64,000 nt of DNA, taken from positions 806,001 through 870,000 of the forward strand of contig OZ025792.1 of assembly GCA_964019425.1 (NCBI GenBank), given 5' to 3'. The stretch is from Flectonema sp. DT1601. Lineage: Eukaryota. The position numbers were made by a program, and so were the translations under genes. Under the pieces are notes generated by a model that was given only the letters and a program-made list of their open reading frames with translations, ran no database searches and had not been told where the DNA came from. Positions 45,386 through 57,788 of the stretch are shown here, piece after piece (position 1 is the stretch's first letter; every line of letters begins with the position of its first letter).

Positions 45386-46996
45386 CTCATGTTCATATAA
45401 TCCTTATCACCTTCCAACTCCTGTCTGAAGTAATTGCGTTACTGAACAGATTAAGAAGGAAGCAAACCTTATCAAAGTTTATTGCATTGTGATCAGTGTT
45501 GAGTATCCTTTGTTGAGAATGTAAGTGAGAGAAGATTATTGCAATGAAGCTCAAAATATGACAATTGAAGCGACAAAAGGGGCCCTTCTTTCGGGATGGG
45601 AAGGGGGATGGCTCACGTTTAATTACTGAGAGTTGGGAGGTGGTAACATTCTTTTAAAGTTACTGATTTTAGTGATGAATAAAAAAAAAACTGATAAAAA
45701 AAGTATGAAGCCCACCACCCAACAAAAATTGACAATTTAGTGCCGAGAAAAGGCTGTATATAATCTTCTACCTCGATAATCAAAAAGAATTACCACCAAT
45801 CGCTCTGAGTAAGCTAAACAATAAGACGCGCACTTTCACTCGTGGGGTGCTCCGAAGTCGCGCATCACTGCTCTTTCTTATTTACTTTATTTATTTATTT
45901 TTTTAAAACGACTTTTCAGAATTTCCGTCAGTCAGTTTCAATGTTACCATCTGTTGTTCATTACTAAAACACTTTGCACTGTGCGAAAACCCTCAAAAAC
46001 AATACAACCGCTCAACTACATCAACATCGTTTTGGAGCACCCTCCGATAATTTGAATTGCTCTCCACCCCAGAAAAAAAAAAAAGGAAAAAGTTTTTTTT
46101 TTTTTTTTTTAAAAATCAAGAAACGAAAGAAATGATGGAATAAGGAGATAGAAAAAAGAAATTAAAAAAAAAAAAAAAAAAATTGGGGAGAACAAAAAAA
46201 AAAAAAAAAAAGAGTTGAGTTCACGATGCCTGCTGTCTGCAAGCTGAACAAAAAAAGAAAAAAAAAAAGGAAATGACACATGCAGGACCCAAAAACTGCT
46301 GACAATAACGAGTCAAGTAAATAATTTCAAAAGAAAAAAAAAGGGAAATCAAACCTGGTATGATGAGTCCTAAAGGCAAGACTTATATTTTTTCAAGCAA
46401 TAGGCATCTCCATTTGTTGTACCACATGGCAAGCTGCCTATCACATGCCGTTTAAACTAATTTTTTTTCTTTTCTTTTTTTTTCTTCTTTTTATTACCAT
46501 TTTTAGAAACTTATTCTTCCTCATTTTTCTTTTTTTTCCCCTTTTTTTTTTCCTTTTTCTCGTCTTCTTTTTATATTTATTTTTCCCTGTGTTGACCTTC
46601 CCAATAAGTATCAACGAATGTAAGCAAAGGAACAAAAAAAAAGGTTTAAAAAAAAGTGTTGAAGAAAAGATAACCAAAAGAAGTAAAAGGCTCAGCACAT
46701 GGGGGGTATTTTCTCGAAAGGTTTCACAAAAAAAAGATATGTTTCTACGAATCGAACTCAAAACCAGCATGTAGCTTCACCACGGAGAGAGGGAGCATAA
46801 AGAAAAAGGCAAAGAGAGAAGTTGACAATTTTAAGGCGCCGCGAGAGGCTTCGCCGATAAATGACATCAAAACTACAAGAGTTTGGAAGTCGTTCTGTCT
46901 TTGGAATAGAAAGGAAAGTAAGATTACAGATTGCGAAGGAATGGAACGAATAAAGTAGCACTCTATTTGATGAATCCTCAAAGTTAGTTAAGTTAT

Positions 46997-49720
46997 TTAT
47001 TCCTGTTCGGCTTCCTCCTCCTCCTCTGCTTCTTCTTCAACTTCTTCCTCCTCACCTCCTCCAACAAACTCCTTCAAGTGCTTGGCGGCAACGGCTGTTT
47101 TTGGTGAAATAATATTTTAAGTATTTAAAGTAACAACTCATCAGATACTAACATACCTATCTTTGACGATCCCTTCATTCCATTAAATACTGAGGAGAGG
47201 GTTTCAGTATCGAAGAGCTGTACATCTTCAATGAGGTATTTAATCATAAAAGTAATTACTGCTTCTTCTTCAATCAATGGCCAAGAAGTTTTGTGGTTGA
47301 AAGCAATCAAAGCGTTTAGAACGGTGCTGGTCTTCTCTTCGATATCAGTTTCGAACTTCATGTCAGCGTGAAGTGGACGCCAGAGACCTTCAACAACGAT
47401 AGCGTACAACTCCTGAACGTCCTCGTATGGTCTTTCTTCCTCTGCGAGTTCCTGGAAGCACAATTTGATCATTCTGCAACCATTTCTAAATACTGAGTTA
47501 ATCTCTTTGTATCCCGTAAAGTCTGAGGTTTCCTCAGGGTCCGATGGGAGAAGTTTCTTCAACACAACAGCTGCTCTGGAGTAGGCCTTTGGTTTATCAC
47601 TGACAAGATCTTCCATGGCTGAGTTAGCAATGAAGTAAGCAATTCCTCTCATGATATCGTCTCTTTTAAATAAAGAAGTACTTGTTAAGAAGTTGATGTA
47701 CTCAGAGAGCATGTCGCGACTCTCTTCATCGTTCTCGACAGCAATAGCTCTAAGCACTTCCATCACAACAACTGGGCAGAGGTTGTCAAAGTTGTATTCC
47801 TCTTCGTAGTGCTTCATATCCTCTTCTAACAATATATTCTTTTCAACTTCCATCATACACTCCATTGCTCTGGTTCCCACCTTAGCTCTGAAGGCTGAGT
47901 CAACTTCCATAGGTGGCTTGTCTCTTGCCTTCTTTTCGTCTTCATCCTTGTCCCTGTGCTTCTTCTCCTTCTTGTCCTTCTTCTTCTTCTTTTTGTCTCC
48001 GCTCTGAATCGAGCTGTAGGCATTGCTCTGTGTTTGGTAGTTTGTGAATTGTTTTTCGACATAGAAAGGGAATGTATTTCAGTACTACAACAGGAGAGGA
48101 ATAGTCAAAACATACCTTGGTTGGCTGTGGTTGTGGGGTACCAGCGGCTTTACTACCTCCACTTCCAGCTGCACCACTGCCGCCACTGGCCTGCTTTGCG
48201 GTGTTTTTAGTGCTTCCCTTCTTAGAGGTCCCGGTAGTTTGCCACTCGTCCTTCGCGTTCTTCTTTGCGGCGGCCGCTGCCTTAGCTTCATCTTTCCTCG
48301 CCTTACCTCCAACGGACTTGTGGACAGTTGCACCAGAACCCCACGCGTTACTCTCTCCAGAGTGAGATACGTTACCCTGACCGGCCAACCTGTTTGTTTG
48401 TTTTTGTGATTATTCCGATACTGTACATCGAGCATCATTGATTAAATACATACTTCTTTCTCTCAGCGTCATCGCTCTCTTTCTCGAGATCCTTCAATTT
48501 CTTGGCAGTTCCTGCCTTTTGAGGCTGTTTTTTTTGTTTTTTTTTTGTTTTGTTTTTTTTCGTATGATTAGAATGGTTGCTAGTTAGAAATAAATAGAAA
48601 GACAACATACCCATCCCTTAGCTCTCGCTTCTACAGTGTTGATGATAGAAAACTGAATACGCTTATCGAACCTTCCATTGTGGGCCAACTTCTCCATCTC
48701 ACTAAAGTACTCGTCAATCTTCTGAGAGTGGTCAAACTTCTCACCTCTCTTTCTGAGTTCCATCTCTCTTCCGACTGTGTTGAGAAGCTTGCAAAGAACT
48801 TCGATTTCCTCCCCTGCTGGGATTCCATCTTTCTTGAATAAGATTTCAGGAATAACCCAATGAATAACTTTGTTAGAAAGCATCTGAGTTTTGTATAATT
48901 CTCCAACGAAGTGAACGTTTCCAAGTTGGCGTTTTTTGGCAAGAAGTTCTTCGAGATCACGTTCTTCAATAGTCTGTTCAGGGTCAACTTTACTTCTCTC
49001 AAGGATCTTCTTACAACGTTCGAATTCACCCTGTACAACTTGAATGAACTGACTTCTAAATCTCAAATCACCGCCTTTCTTTGATTGCTTCTCTCTGTCT
49101 GACATTCTCTTTGATAGCGATGCGTACATTTCACAGAAAGAAGGCTGGTTAGCAGCTCTATCAAAGATAAGTTGGATAGTCAAGTTCATCGCCTCCTCGG
49201 TGTTGAGAATCTCATCCTTTCCAACAAGTTGCTCAGAAAGAGCTTCGTATTTCTCAGGAGTTAACTTGTTAAGTACACCGTTAACGAATTTCTTAACCTT
49301 ATCTAACTCTGATAATTCATTTTGACTCTTAATACGGTAAGCGTCTTCAGTAGTCTGCAGAGAGCCCAGACCGTTATCAACTTGCTGCTTCTCACTTCCG
49401 AATATAGCTCTACCCTCTCCTGCGTTGTTAGAGTTATCGTTTCTGTTGTTAGAAATGTTATACATGAATGCTCCCATGCTGCCTTCGGTTTCAGGCTTCT
49501 CGAGACCTTCTTCCTTCAGTCTGTCGATGAGACCTTCTGGAAGCTGAGGATCATCTTGAACTTTTTGTTTTATTTCCAACATGTGGTCAAGTTCATATTG
49601 GTACTTTGGCTTGTCATCTGACAAAAGGTCTTCCACAGCTGTGCTACTTGACGGAGCCTTCACATCAGTGGTGACGGTCTTCTGCTGACTTTTGTTGTTC
49701 TTGAAACTAAACAACGACAT
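46997..49720 (-). CDS. eIF4G: Eukaryotic translation initiation factor 4G-like (MIF4G + MA3-like); exons 49720-48611, 48524-48454, 48389-48116, 48027-47157, 47094-46997
   Basis: VNGVLNKLTPEKYE, IFDRAANQPSFCEMYASL, KKRQLGNVHFVGELYK, IEVLCKLLNTVG, RIQF; four GT-AG introns join the pieces in frame. Confidence 0.9.
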
Positions 49721-50220
49721 TTTCGCAACTGATTAGTAGTGCGCTTTTGATAATCTGATTGAAGGGAAGGAAATGATAAATAAAAAGATTGACAATAAGA
49801 AATGTTAAACTGCCGAGTGCGAAAACGTTTCTTCCACTCATTTATTTGTCTAAAGAGGAATAAAAACGTCCTTCGATAAAATCAACAAAGTGCTTCGGCT
49901 TTTCATGTGCTTCACCTCGTGAGTTGGTAGTCAGTACGACACATTCTCTTTTTGTGTTGCTGCAATAAAGAAAGGAGGGGTCAATAGACTTCGCTACTAC
50001 AGATGATTGTCCAAGGGCATACGCAACAGCGAATCCCTTCCTTATAAAATAATATTATCAAAAATGCGTTCATTGCAAACTCCTGACGAAATGAGTTGCA
50101 CATTAGGTTCTCTTTGGAAACTGGCTGGAATAGGAGAACTACCCAATGATGAGATACTACTTAAAGAGCCTCCTGCTGAGAGAGTACTACAATACGATCG
50201 ATACGATAAATAGTAAGGAC

Positions 50221-50790
50221 TCAGCGTCCTTTTGGTCGTTTTTTAATTTGTTTTGCCTGAACATTAGCAGCTGAGAATTCGATTATATCTTCAAAGGATC
50301 TCTTTAGTTTCGCAGCCGACGGTGATCGCAAAACCTTCGGGTATTTAGATACGATCATGTTAATGTCGGCATTCAACGTCGCGTTCGCCTGGCGCAAGAC
50401 CGTTGGAGAAATGAGTCTTGAAGCGATGCACGCAGAAGAGAAGGCAACTTCGACAGCGTTGGCTAATCGATTTGGTGTAGCAAATGAAAGTTTTATCGCT
50501 CGTTGAATATAGGAAGAATCTGCCTCAGTGATATCTCTGTCGCCACCATTTCCCTGAACTAATTTCGTTACTTTATCGGCTACTCTCTTTGCGTTCTCTT
50601 CAATATCATCATCGACACTAACTTTAATATCCAATTGCTCTAAAATACAATCCTTAGTAGCATTCTCCTCTTCTAATTCTCTCACTCGTAATGATAATTG
50701 TTTGCATTCTTTACTCATGTTGTCGTTCATTTCGTTGAGCAACGGAAGTAATATTTTCATCTTTTGAAAGGACTTGTTCTTGTCGTCCAT
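50221..50790 (-). CDS. Hypothetical 189-aa protein with coiled-coil N-terminus
   Basis: Intact ORF on the cluster strand. Confidence 0.65.
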   Translation of the reverse strand: MDDKNKSFQKMKILLPLLNEMNDNMSKECKQLSLRVRELEEENATKDCILEQLDIKVSVDDDIEENAKRVADKVTKLVQGNGGDRDITEADSSYIQRAIKLSFATPNRLANAVEVAFSSACIASRLISPTVLRQANATLNADINMIVSKYPKVLRSPSAAKLKRSFEDIIEFSAANVQAKQIKKRPKGR

Positions 50791-53291
50791 TTTGTATGTG
50801 TTGTTCCCCCCCCAACTACCCTGAGTAATAAATAAATAATATTGTTAAGAATAATAATACTAAACTTACATGTTAACTAATTAATATCGTCACCTGACGT
50901 ACAACTAAAGCTACGATCTCACACAAGCCTTTTGTTAAATTTCTCCCTTAGTATATGTTGTTCCGTTTTCAGTTCACTTCCTTTTAAAGGCTCGTTTGGT
51001 TTTATTATTTTTTCAACACATTTTTTGAAGGGAAAAAAAAAAAAAAAAAAAAAAAAAGGAAGGAAGGAAGAAAAAAGAACAAGAGCCTAGTCAAACCAGT
51101 GCAGCAATTGCTGTTTAAAAAAGAAAATGGGGTCTGTTAGTTTCGTCTATTGTAAAGTCTTTTTTTATTTGGATCAATTAAGATTTTGAGCTTCCCTGTT
51201 TCTTCATCAAATATAAGTCCAACAGACATAAGTAATTATGTAGAGACCTTCCTTCTTCTCAGAGAACGGTAACTGAGAGATTCCAATGTAAACACTGACT
51301 AGTGTTTTAATTAAAATTCGTCGCTCATTTCATCTTTTGATAAGGCACCAGGGAACAAATCCCATCATCTCATTAGTTACGTTAAGAAATCGATAGCAAA
51401 GAATAAGAAGACGGTTTTGATAAAACTGAAGTTGAAATCAAAAGAGACACAAAGCCAGCAACGGGTTGTACTGTCTGACAAAATAAAGGAAAACAGCGAG
51501 ACCTATTGTACTAGGCATACAAGTAGCAATCAGGAGGACACTAAAAACCAGAAAAACACCGATACTTGCACAATCGGCTGTTCCGCAGATAGGCTTTTGT
51601 GTCACTGCTCCCTTTCTCAAATCAAAAGAAAGGGAATACTAAAAAGAAAAAAAAAAAAAAAAAACTCTTCCTACGAAATATCGCAAGAACGTTATTTAGT
51701 GACAAGGGGCAGTCAAAAAAAAAAAAAAGGAGAAATGTCTCCAGGTCGTGTACCAGTCAAGTAATTTCGTTTTTTTCCTTAAAATGAGTGAGTGACTTAG
51801 TTAATGAATAACTAGTGCGAGAACTCATTAGCAGTAACTGATCCTTGAGAGACAATCAAATTGAAAGGATTTCAAGGATCCAATCCGATAGGATTGTTAA
51901 AAAAAAGTATTTTCGTTTTTAATCTGATGAGAGAACGAAGGAAGAACCCTTCGTCTGGTTTTTGTTATTTCATATTAATCGTCAATCATGAAAATCTCTT
52001 TTAATGATTGTTACAATAAAATCAAAATAACTACCAACTCAACACGAAGTACGTTGTGTCAGGTTGGTAGAATAAAGGTTTTCGAATTTGTTTTATTATA
52101 TAAAAAAAAAAAAAAAAAATTAAAAAATAAAAAGATAACTACGAAGTCTGTCGATTGATACAAATTGAAAGCAACAAAACCAAAACGAACTACAAAAAGA
52201 AACAAAAAAACAAGGCAAACAGCTGCATGGAAAGTGAATCAGAAATCTGAATACCAGTACTTAACTTTGAACATATTTCGTACTACCAATGCTAAAATGC
52301 AACACAACACTTGAAGAAGAGTAGGAGGGCAAATAGATACTGTATAATCAAGCTTAAAGGAACAATAATCTCTCAGACAATCTTGACCAGGGGGGTGGGA
52401 ACTAAATTCTCACTTTTCTCATAACATCGCACCTAGTCACAAAACAAGGGAAACTAAACAATGCGATGGTAAGACTTCTCCCTTCTGAATATGTTTACTT
52501 TTGGGCACGCAGACAATACAACCTATCTCAAACTACCTTAAACTGACCAACAAAAATTAATGGAACAAAAAATATACTTAAAGAGTTAGTGAGCAGATCT
52601 AACTGCTCGCTGTTAAAAGGAAATATTTAAAATTTTTTGCTTTTTTCTTTTCTTTCTTTCTTTTCTTTAAAATAGGTAAGCGTTTACTTAACAAAACCCC
52701 CCTAAAGAAAAGATGTGTTTTATGTAATGTTAGAAACGGAAAACCATTTGTAACGGCAAAGGAAACGATTATTTGAATTTGGAAAGCGAAAGGCGCCGCA
52801 AACCATTCTCTTCACCGATTCCGATTTCCCTTCATATATTTGTTCTCTTTTATTATTTATTCTTTAGGTTTGAGTTCACTTAATTCCCGCAGCAAGAACA
52901 CAAAAACAGCGAAAAAGATAACAACAACCACACGCCTGAATCACAAGAACTCAGAAAGCTAGTTTGGAGTGTGTTTTGTTATTAAAACAGAACCATAAAC
53001 AGAAGGACGCGTTTTGTTAAAAAGGAAAGATACTAAAAATGAATAGGACTTTATTTAGTTGTTTTACAGCACAAGAGAGATCACTTCAGTCATTAAAACT
53101 TCAGGGACGTGGGACACTAATCGATTCAATTATTAAATGCCAAGTGAGTAATCAAAGCATTCAATAGAAGTGAATGATGAAAGTATTGTAAATTTATATT
53201 ACAACTGTTGAGGTTAGGTGTCTGCTGATTCTGTCGCAGATACGGAAACTAAACTTGATAAACTGAAAAAGAAATCAAATTGACGGACTGA

Positions 53292-55673
53292 TCATACAGC
53301 AAGTACGGGAACGGGAGACAACGAGGCGCTATCTCCTTTAAACTGCATAGTGTTTATTTCTTTTCTGCTAATCTTCTCGTGAGTGATTTTACTCCAAAGT
53401 AACAAAGAAAGGTGATAGCGATCTGGTAAGTGATCTCCACAGAAGTGCGGAGACACATACATTACATTAACAGCCCAACTTGCCATATCTGCAGAAGACA
53501 GATGTTCATTTGATTTTCCTTTCGAAGTGTGCGGCGCAGGCGAGTGAATCGCCTTCACAGTTTCAGCTCCTGTCGACTGCGGGAGATCATACACCAGAAG
53601 TCCTTTTTTGCATCTTCCAACTGGGCGATCAATTAGTCGTAACTTTCCAGGTATATAAAGTCTCTTATGAGGCATGTCACGATGGATATCCTCATCTTTA
53701 AATCCGGCAACTTCTCTTGCAAGTCTTTCGAGATTAATTACAGACACTCGAGGGATGGCATCCAGTCCGCAGATGACGCTGGTGACGAATTTCTCGGAAT
53801 TCACCCGCTGGAGCAATTTGTCACACACAACTGGTGGAGAGCCGAACGAAAAACATTCGACACGATGCTTCCATCCTTGCATTTCACTCTCAACTTTTTT
53901 TGATGTGAACTTTTCGTTTTTAACGCACTCTTCTGTAGCAATAGTTGGGTCAGTGTGACTCACCTCCTTGTCCTGGTTACTCTCCATAGTCTCCTTTACA
54001 ACATTATCATTCTCAGGTTGAGTAGGGATCTCCGAAGTCTCCTCTGGGGGAGGAGTGGAGGGGACAACATTATCATTCTCAGGTTGAGTAGGGATCTCCG
54101 TAGTCTCCTTTACAACATTGTCATTCTCAGGTTGAGTAGGGATCTCCGAAGTCTCCTGGACAACATTATCACTCTCAGATTGAGTAGGGCTACTTGTTTT
54201 GTCATCTTTCTGTTTGCATTCATCTCTGACAGTGATACAAAAAAGCGTCGCCACAGCAGCACCGAGAGAGTGTCCCGTCACAATAATTCGATAGTTCGGA
54301 TACTTTTTCGCGTTGATATCCATCTGGGATATTAAATTTAAATTATTTAACACAGAATCTGTACATTGTTTAATACCACTGTGTGCTTCCCCGTCAAGGA
54401 ACGGACCTGAATCAGCTGCTAAGTCAGTGAGAGTATCTTTATCAGAGACTGTTCCTCTGATTGCTAAAATAATCCATTTCATATTGTGATCGACGAATAG
54501 TACAAAAGCTGGATTATAAACCTGATTTGACCAATCACTCATAACTAACTCTCTGTCAGTATTTGAGATCGCATCCAGAACTTGTAGCGCTCCGATGTCA
54601 TTTTCACGAGAAGTGACATCCCGACCAACATCTTTAAATGGTTTCAGTATTGTGTGCATTCTAAATGCTGCTCCCAGTGATCGTAAGTGACCTCCCGTGT
54701 ATGCAACGCCATAACTAGCCTTTGCGTACAGCATTGCTTGAGCACAGTCTAAGGCTTCTTTTTGATCATTTTGTAATTTGTGTTTCGCGTGTAGAACATT
54801 ATAAAGTTTCGTGTGTCTGTACGACACTCTGATTAGTGAAACTGGATTAGCCAGCGACAGCTTTCTACGAATTGGCCATCTTTTACTAAAGTCCTGCAAC
54901 AAGTGCTTTAATACTTTCATTGCATCATCTCGGTGAGCATTGTCTTCGGATTGGAATTCGTTGTTTGTTTCCTTTTTGACGTGTCCAACTCGAACTTTGT
55001 TAAATTCATGTTTTTCTGCACAGCTTTGATGGTAGTAGCGATCACATGCCATACATCTAACACAATACATGACTCCCCAAATGAATTCTTTACAACTTGA
55101 ACACCAAACTGGTTTCATTGGAATAGTCGCCTGAACAACGTGACTGAGACAGTCAGCGAAGGAAACTTCGAGAAGCTGAATTGATTCTTCCTGAGGTTGA
55201 CATCCAACTTCATCATCCACATCTCTACTGAGTTCCCCAAGACTTTGATCTGTTGACTTGCTAGAACTGCTTGCGAGACTCTTCAACGATCCGTCAGCAG
55301 TCCTCTTCTTCGTGCTGCTCGTGAATGAGGTTTCTCTTTTCTTTGTTAAACTCTTTGGACTCTCTTCCAACATCGTTTCTTCTAATTTCCCAATTGATGA
55401 CAAAGTATTTGGAAGACATTTCACGTGTGTTATCAATCCACACAAAGTACACTTCATTCCTTGCTTGTGAATGCCCCAAATACTTCCGCTGCAACATCCA
55501 CAAGTCTGTCCTAATTTAACTGTTGCGCTGGACATTTTATGTTGGCAGCCAACATACTTCGAGTTTACGATTTTCGTTGCAATTTCTCTGGACATTTGCT
55601 TCTTACTCAAAGTCTTTGGTGAAGCTGGCTGATTTGGATCGCTCTTTGTCATTGCGACTGATGAACGAGTCAT
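53292..55673 (-). CDS. Class 3 lipase (DAG-lipase-like) with two N-terminal C1 domains (start could be 55808)
   Basis: C1: H..CGCCSGSIWGIHKQGMKCTLCGLITHVKC and H..WCSSCKEFIWG..RCMACDRYYHQSC; lipase: ILAIRGT..TDL, AHSG, VTGHSLGAAVA, CFSFGSPP, DAIPRVS, DHLPDRY. Confidence 0.88.
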   Translation of the reverse strand: MTRSSVAMTKSDPNQPASPKTLSKKQMSREIATKIVNSKYVGCQHKMSSATVKLGQTCGCCSGSIWGIHKQGMKCTLCGLITHVKCLPNTLSSIGKLEETMLEESPKSLTKKRETSFTSSTKKRTADGSLKSLASSSSKSTDQSLGELSRDVDDEVGCQPQEESIQLLEVSFADCLSHVVQATIPMKPVWCSSCKEFIWGVMYCVRCMACDRYYHQSCAEKHEFNKVRVGHVKKETNNEFQSEDNAHRDDAMKVLKHLLQDFSKRWPIRRKLSLANPVSLIRVSYRHTKLYNVLHAKHKLQNDQKEALDCAQAMLYAKASYGVAYTGGHLRSLGAAFRMHTILKPFKDVGRDVTSRENDIGALQVLDAISNTDRELVMSDWSNQVYNPAFVLFVDHNMKWIILAIRGTVSDKDTLTDLAADSGPFLDGEAHSGIKQCTDSVLNNLNLISQMDINAKKYPNYRIIVTGHSLGAAVATLFCITVRDECKQKDDKTSSPTQSESDNVVQETSEIPTQPENDNVVKETTEIPTQPENDNVVPSTPPPEETSEIPTQPENDNVVKETMESNQDKEVSHTDPTIATEECVKNEKFTSKKVESEMQGWKHRVECFSFGSPPVVCDKLLQRVNSEKFVTSVICGLDAIPRVSVINLERLAREVAGFKDEDIHRDMPHKRLYIPGKLRLIDRPVGRCKKGLLVYDLPQSTGAETVKAIHSPAPHTSKGKSNEHLSSADMASWAVNVMYVSPHFCGDHLPDRYHLSLLLWSKITHEKISRKEINTMQFKGDSASLSPVPVLAV
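53989..54189 (-). repeat. Coding minisatellite (about 48-nt unit, ~4 copies) encoding ETSEIPTQPENDNVV
   Basis: Repeated acaacattatcattctcaggttgagtagggatctccg. Confidence 0.9.
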
Positions 55674-55930
55674 TTTAATTAGCCTCCTGGAGTACAATAA
55701 AAAAGTTTTAAAATCCGCAACAATATGATCGACACATAAACCGGCTGAGATGCAACAAGAAATGTAGAATCTGAAAGTTAAACTGGCAGGACAATCCACC
55801 GCCAGCATTTCGAGTAACGAAACGAAATCTTCAAAGGAAAAGAATCCAACGCAGAAACGGGGAAATCTGACGGGTAATCATGTCTTAATTCGATCATGAA
55901 ATTGATTTTTAAAAAAAAAAAAGTAAGTAA

Positions 55931-57547
55931 TTACTGAAGAGATCCTTTATTAATAATATTTGCGAACGTCTCAAAGAAATCGAACAAAACAGCACCACCA
56001 AAGTATAGTGAAGTAATTACGACTCCGACTTTTACGGCAGAACGCGGTAGTTGAACAGCCACAGGAGAAGCGTCTTCGACTCTGAGACGAGTGAAGTACG
56101 TCATGTAAGCAACGAATACACCAGTTTCAATATTTAAGAGAGCTGAATTAAATACGTCTAAAATAACATACAGAGAGTGTGAAAACAAAAGACCTATAAC
56201 GAGAACGGATAAGAAAGATAAGAAATACATCACATACGATGCGTACTTCTTAGCCATCAGTGATTTGTCTGGATGGACAAAAAAAACTCGAGGAGGAATG
56301 ATGGCAGGACAAAAACGGGACCAAAGTGCGAATGGAGAAATCTCATGAGTCTCTGGAAAGCCAACTTCGTGAATAGCCGTGTCGATTGCTCCATCGAGAT
56401 AGTGTTTAAGACCGAGTCCCAAAGCAACAAATGAAACAGTGACGGAGATTATAATAAAAATTGTAACAATTTTCCCGACAAAAGCGTATTTTGGATAGCT
56501 CACAGCCAGGAAGTGCATCAACGGAATGGTCGATATCTCGTGATTCTGTTTTGCAAACTGAAGTGAAATATCACCTTTAGCTGCAGTCTGTGGGACAATC
56601 ATCAACACTGCTGCCGTCCACAGTAAGTTCAATCCAAAACATAATATTGTACCGCAGACACATCCGTTGCGAAAACTTTTTATATTTTGAGGAGTTCTTG
56701 GGAATGATGAATAGACCACAGGCAGGACGTTAATTGATCCGCCCAAACTAACAGTTCCAATTAAAATGGTATCACTTATTGCTCCCCAACTGTTCTCTTG
56801 TTCATGACGTACTTCTGATGCAACAAATGCAACGACAGTCATCATAGACAGTAGTAGAGTAGCCTTCAAGAAAGTTAAACAGGCTACAGCATTCTGAAGT
56901 TTATCTCCTAAAGTAATAATTACAAAAGATAAAGGTATCACAAAGAATGGAGTTACGGTCCGCCTGTCAATTTCGAAGAGGTCTCCGAAGGCGTTCGACG
57001 CGCTGAGTGCGTAGGCAATCAAAACGATAATAAAATGCATGAACACACAGAAGTCAAATATATTTCTGAAAAAGGGATTTGGGACGAAATATCTCGCCAT
57101 GGTGTGAAGGTTTGGTACGAAGTCGCCATCGGCATCGAGAAGGTCGGCTTCAAGAAGACACTCTTCATTTGTTTCATGAGAGTAGCCACGGCGACGTACA
57201 TCACCAGCAATACTTCGTTTAGGAGATGTAATTGTTGCATAAGAATCCTCACCAGTTGGTGTTGCTGATGTCGGCGACTGGTCTGCAGTCAGTGGAGCCA
57301 TCTCTGCTTCTGTCGGACTTCCACTTCCCATCTCTACTTTCATCATCGCCTCCGTTCTTTGAAGAAGTTCAACTAAAAAGACGATCACAGTAATCTGACA
57401 AACCAAAGCAATACTAAATGTGGATACGAAAGGATAAAAACCTGGTCCTGATACTTTCACAGGAAGTGCTAATATTCCAATACCCAGAATGGTGGCGGTT
57501 GTGATCAGCATCGATCTCAGAAAGACGAAATTCTCACTGCAAGCCAT
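55931..57547 (-). CDS. Amino-acid permease (APC superfamily, aromatic amino acid permease-like)
   Basis: ATILGIGILALP TM1 motif, about 11 hydrophobic segments, ISVTVSFVALGLGL. Confidence 0.8.
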   Translation of the reverse strand: MACSENFVFLRSMLITTATILGIGILALPVKVSGPGFYPFVSTFSIALVCQITVIVFLVELLQRTEAMMKVEMGSGSPTEAEMAPLTADQSPTSATPTGEDSYATITSPKRSIAGDVRRRGYSHETNEECLLEADLLDADGDFVPNLHTMARYFVPNPFFRNIFDFCVFMHFIIVLIAYALSASNAFGDLFEIDRRTVTPFFVIPLSFVIITLGDKLQNAVACLTFLKATLLLSMMTVVAFVASEVRHEQENSWGAISDTILIGTVSLGGSINVLPVVYSSFPRTPQNIKSFRNGCVCGTILCFGLNLLWTAAVLMIVPQTAAKGDISLQFAKQNHEISTIPLMHFLAVSYPKYAFVGKIVTIFIIISVTVSFVALGLGLKHYLDGAIDTAIHEVGFPETHEISPFALWSRFCPAIIPPRVFFVHPDKSLMAKKYASYVMYFLSFLSVLVIGLLFSHSLYVILDVFNSALLNIETGVFVAYMTYFTRLRVEDASPVAVQLPRSAVKVGVVITSLYFGGAVLFDFFETFANIINKGSLQ

Positions 57548-57788
57548 CTTGTGGCAGTCAATCTAATTCCTGTTGGAGAAACAAATTAAAAGAACACAAA
57601 GCTGACGGACAAATCGATCACAGCACTGTTGTTATTTTGATTGATACTGTTTGAGTAAATGGTTATTTATTTCATTTTACAACAATACTATCCTCAAAGT
57701 AAGAAACAAATAAACCGCAATGTGTGCAGGGTATAGTAATTAATAATTTGTAGTTAGGCGTCGATCGGAAATCACACGGAGGATACGG

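Noticed and set aside
46441..46774. Opposing K-rich and F-rich 109-aa ORFs
   Set aside because: Translations of A/T homopolymer tracts in a probable 3' UTR.
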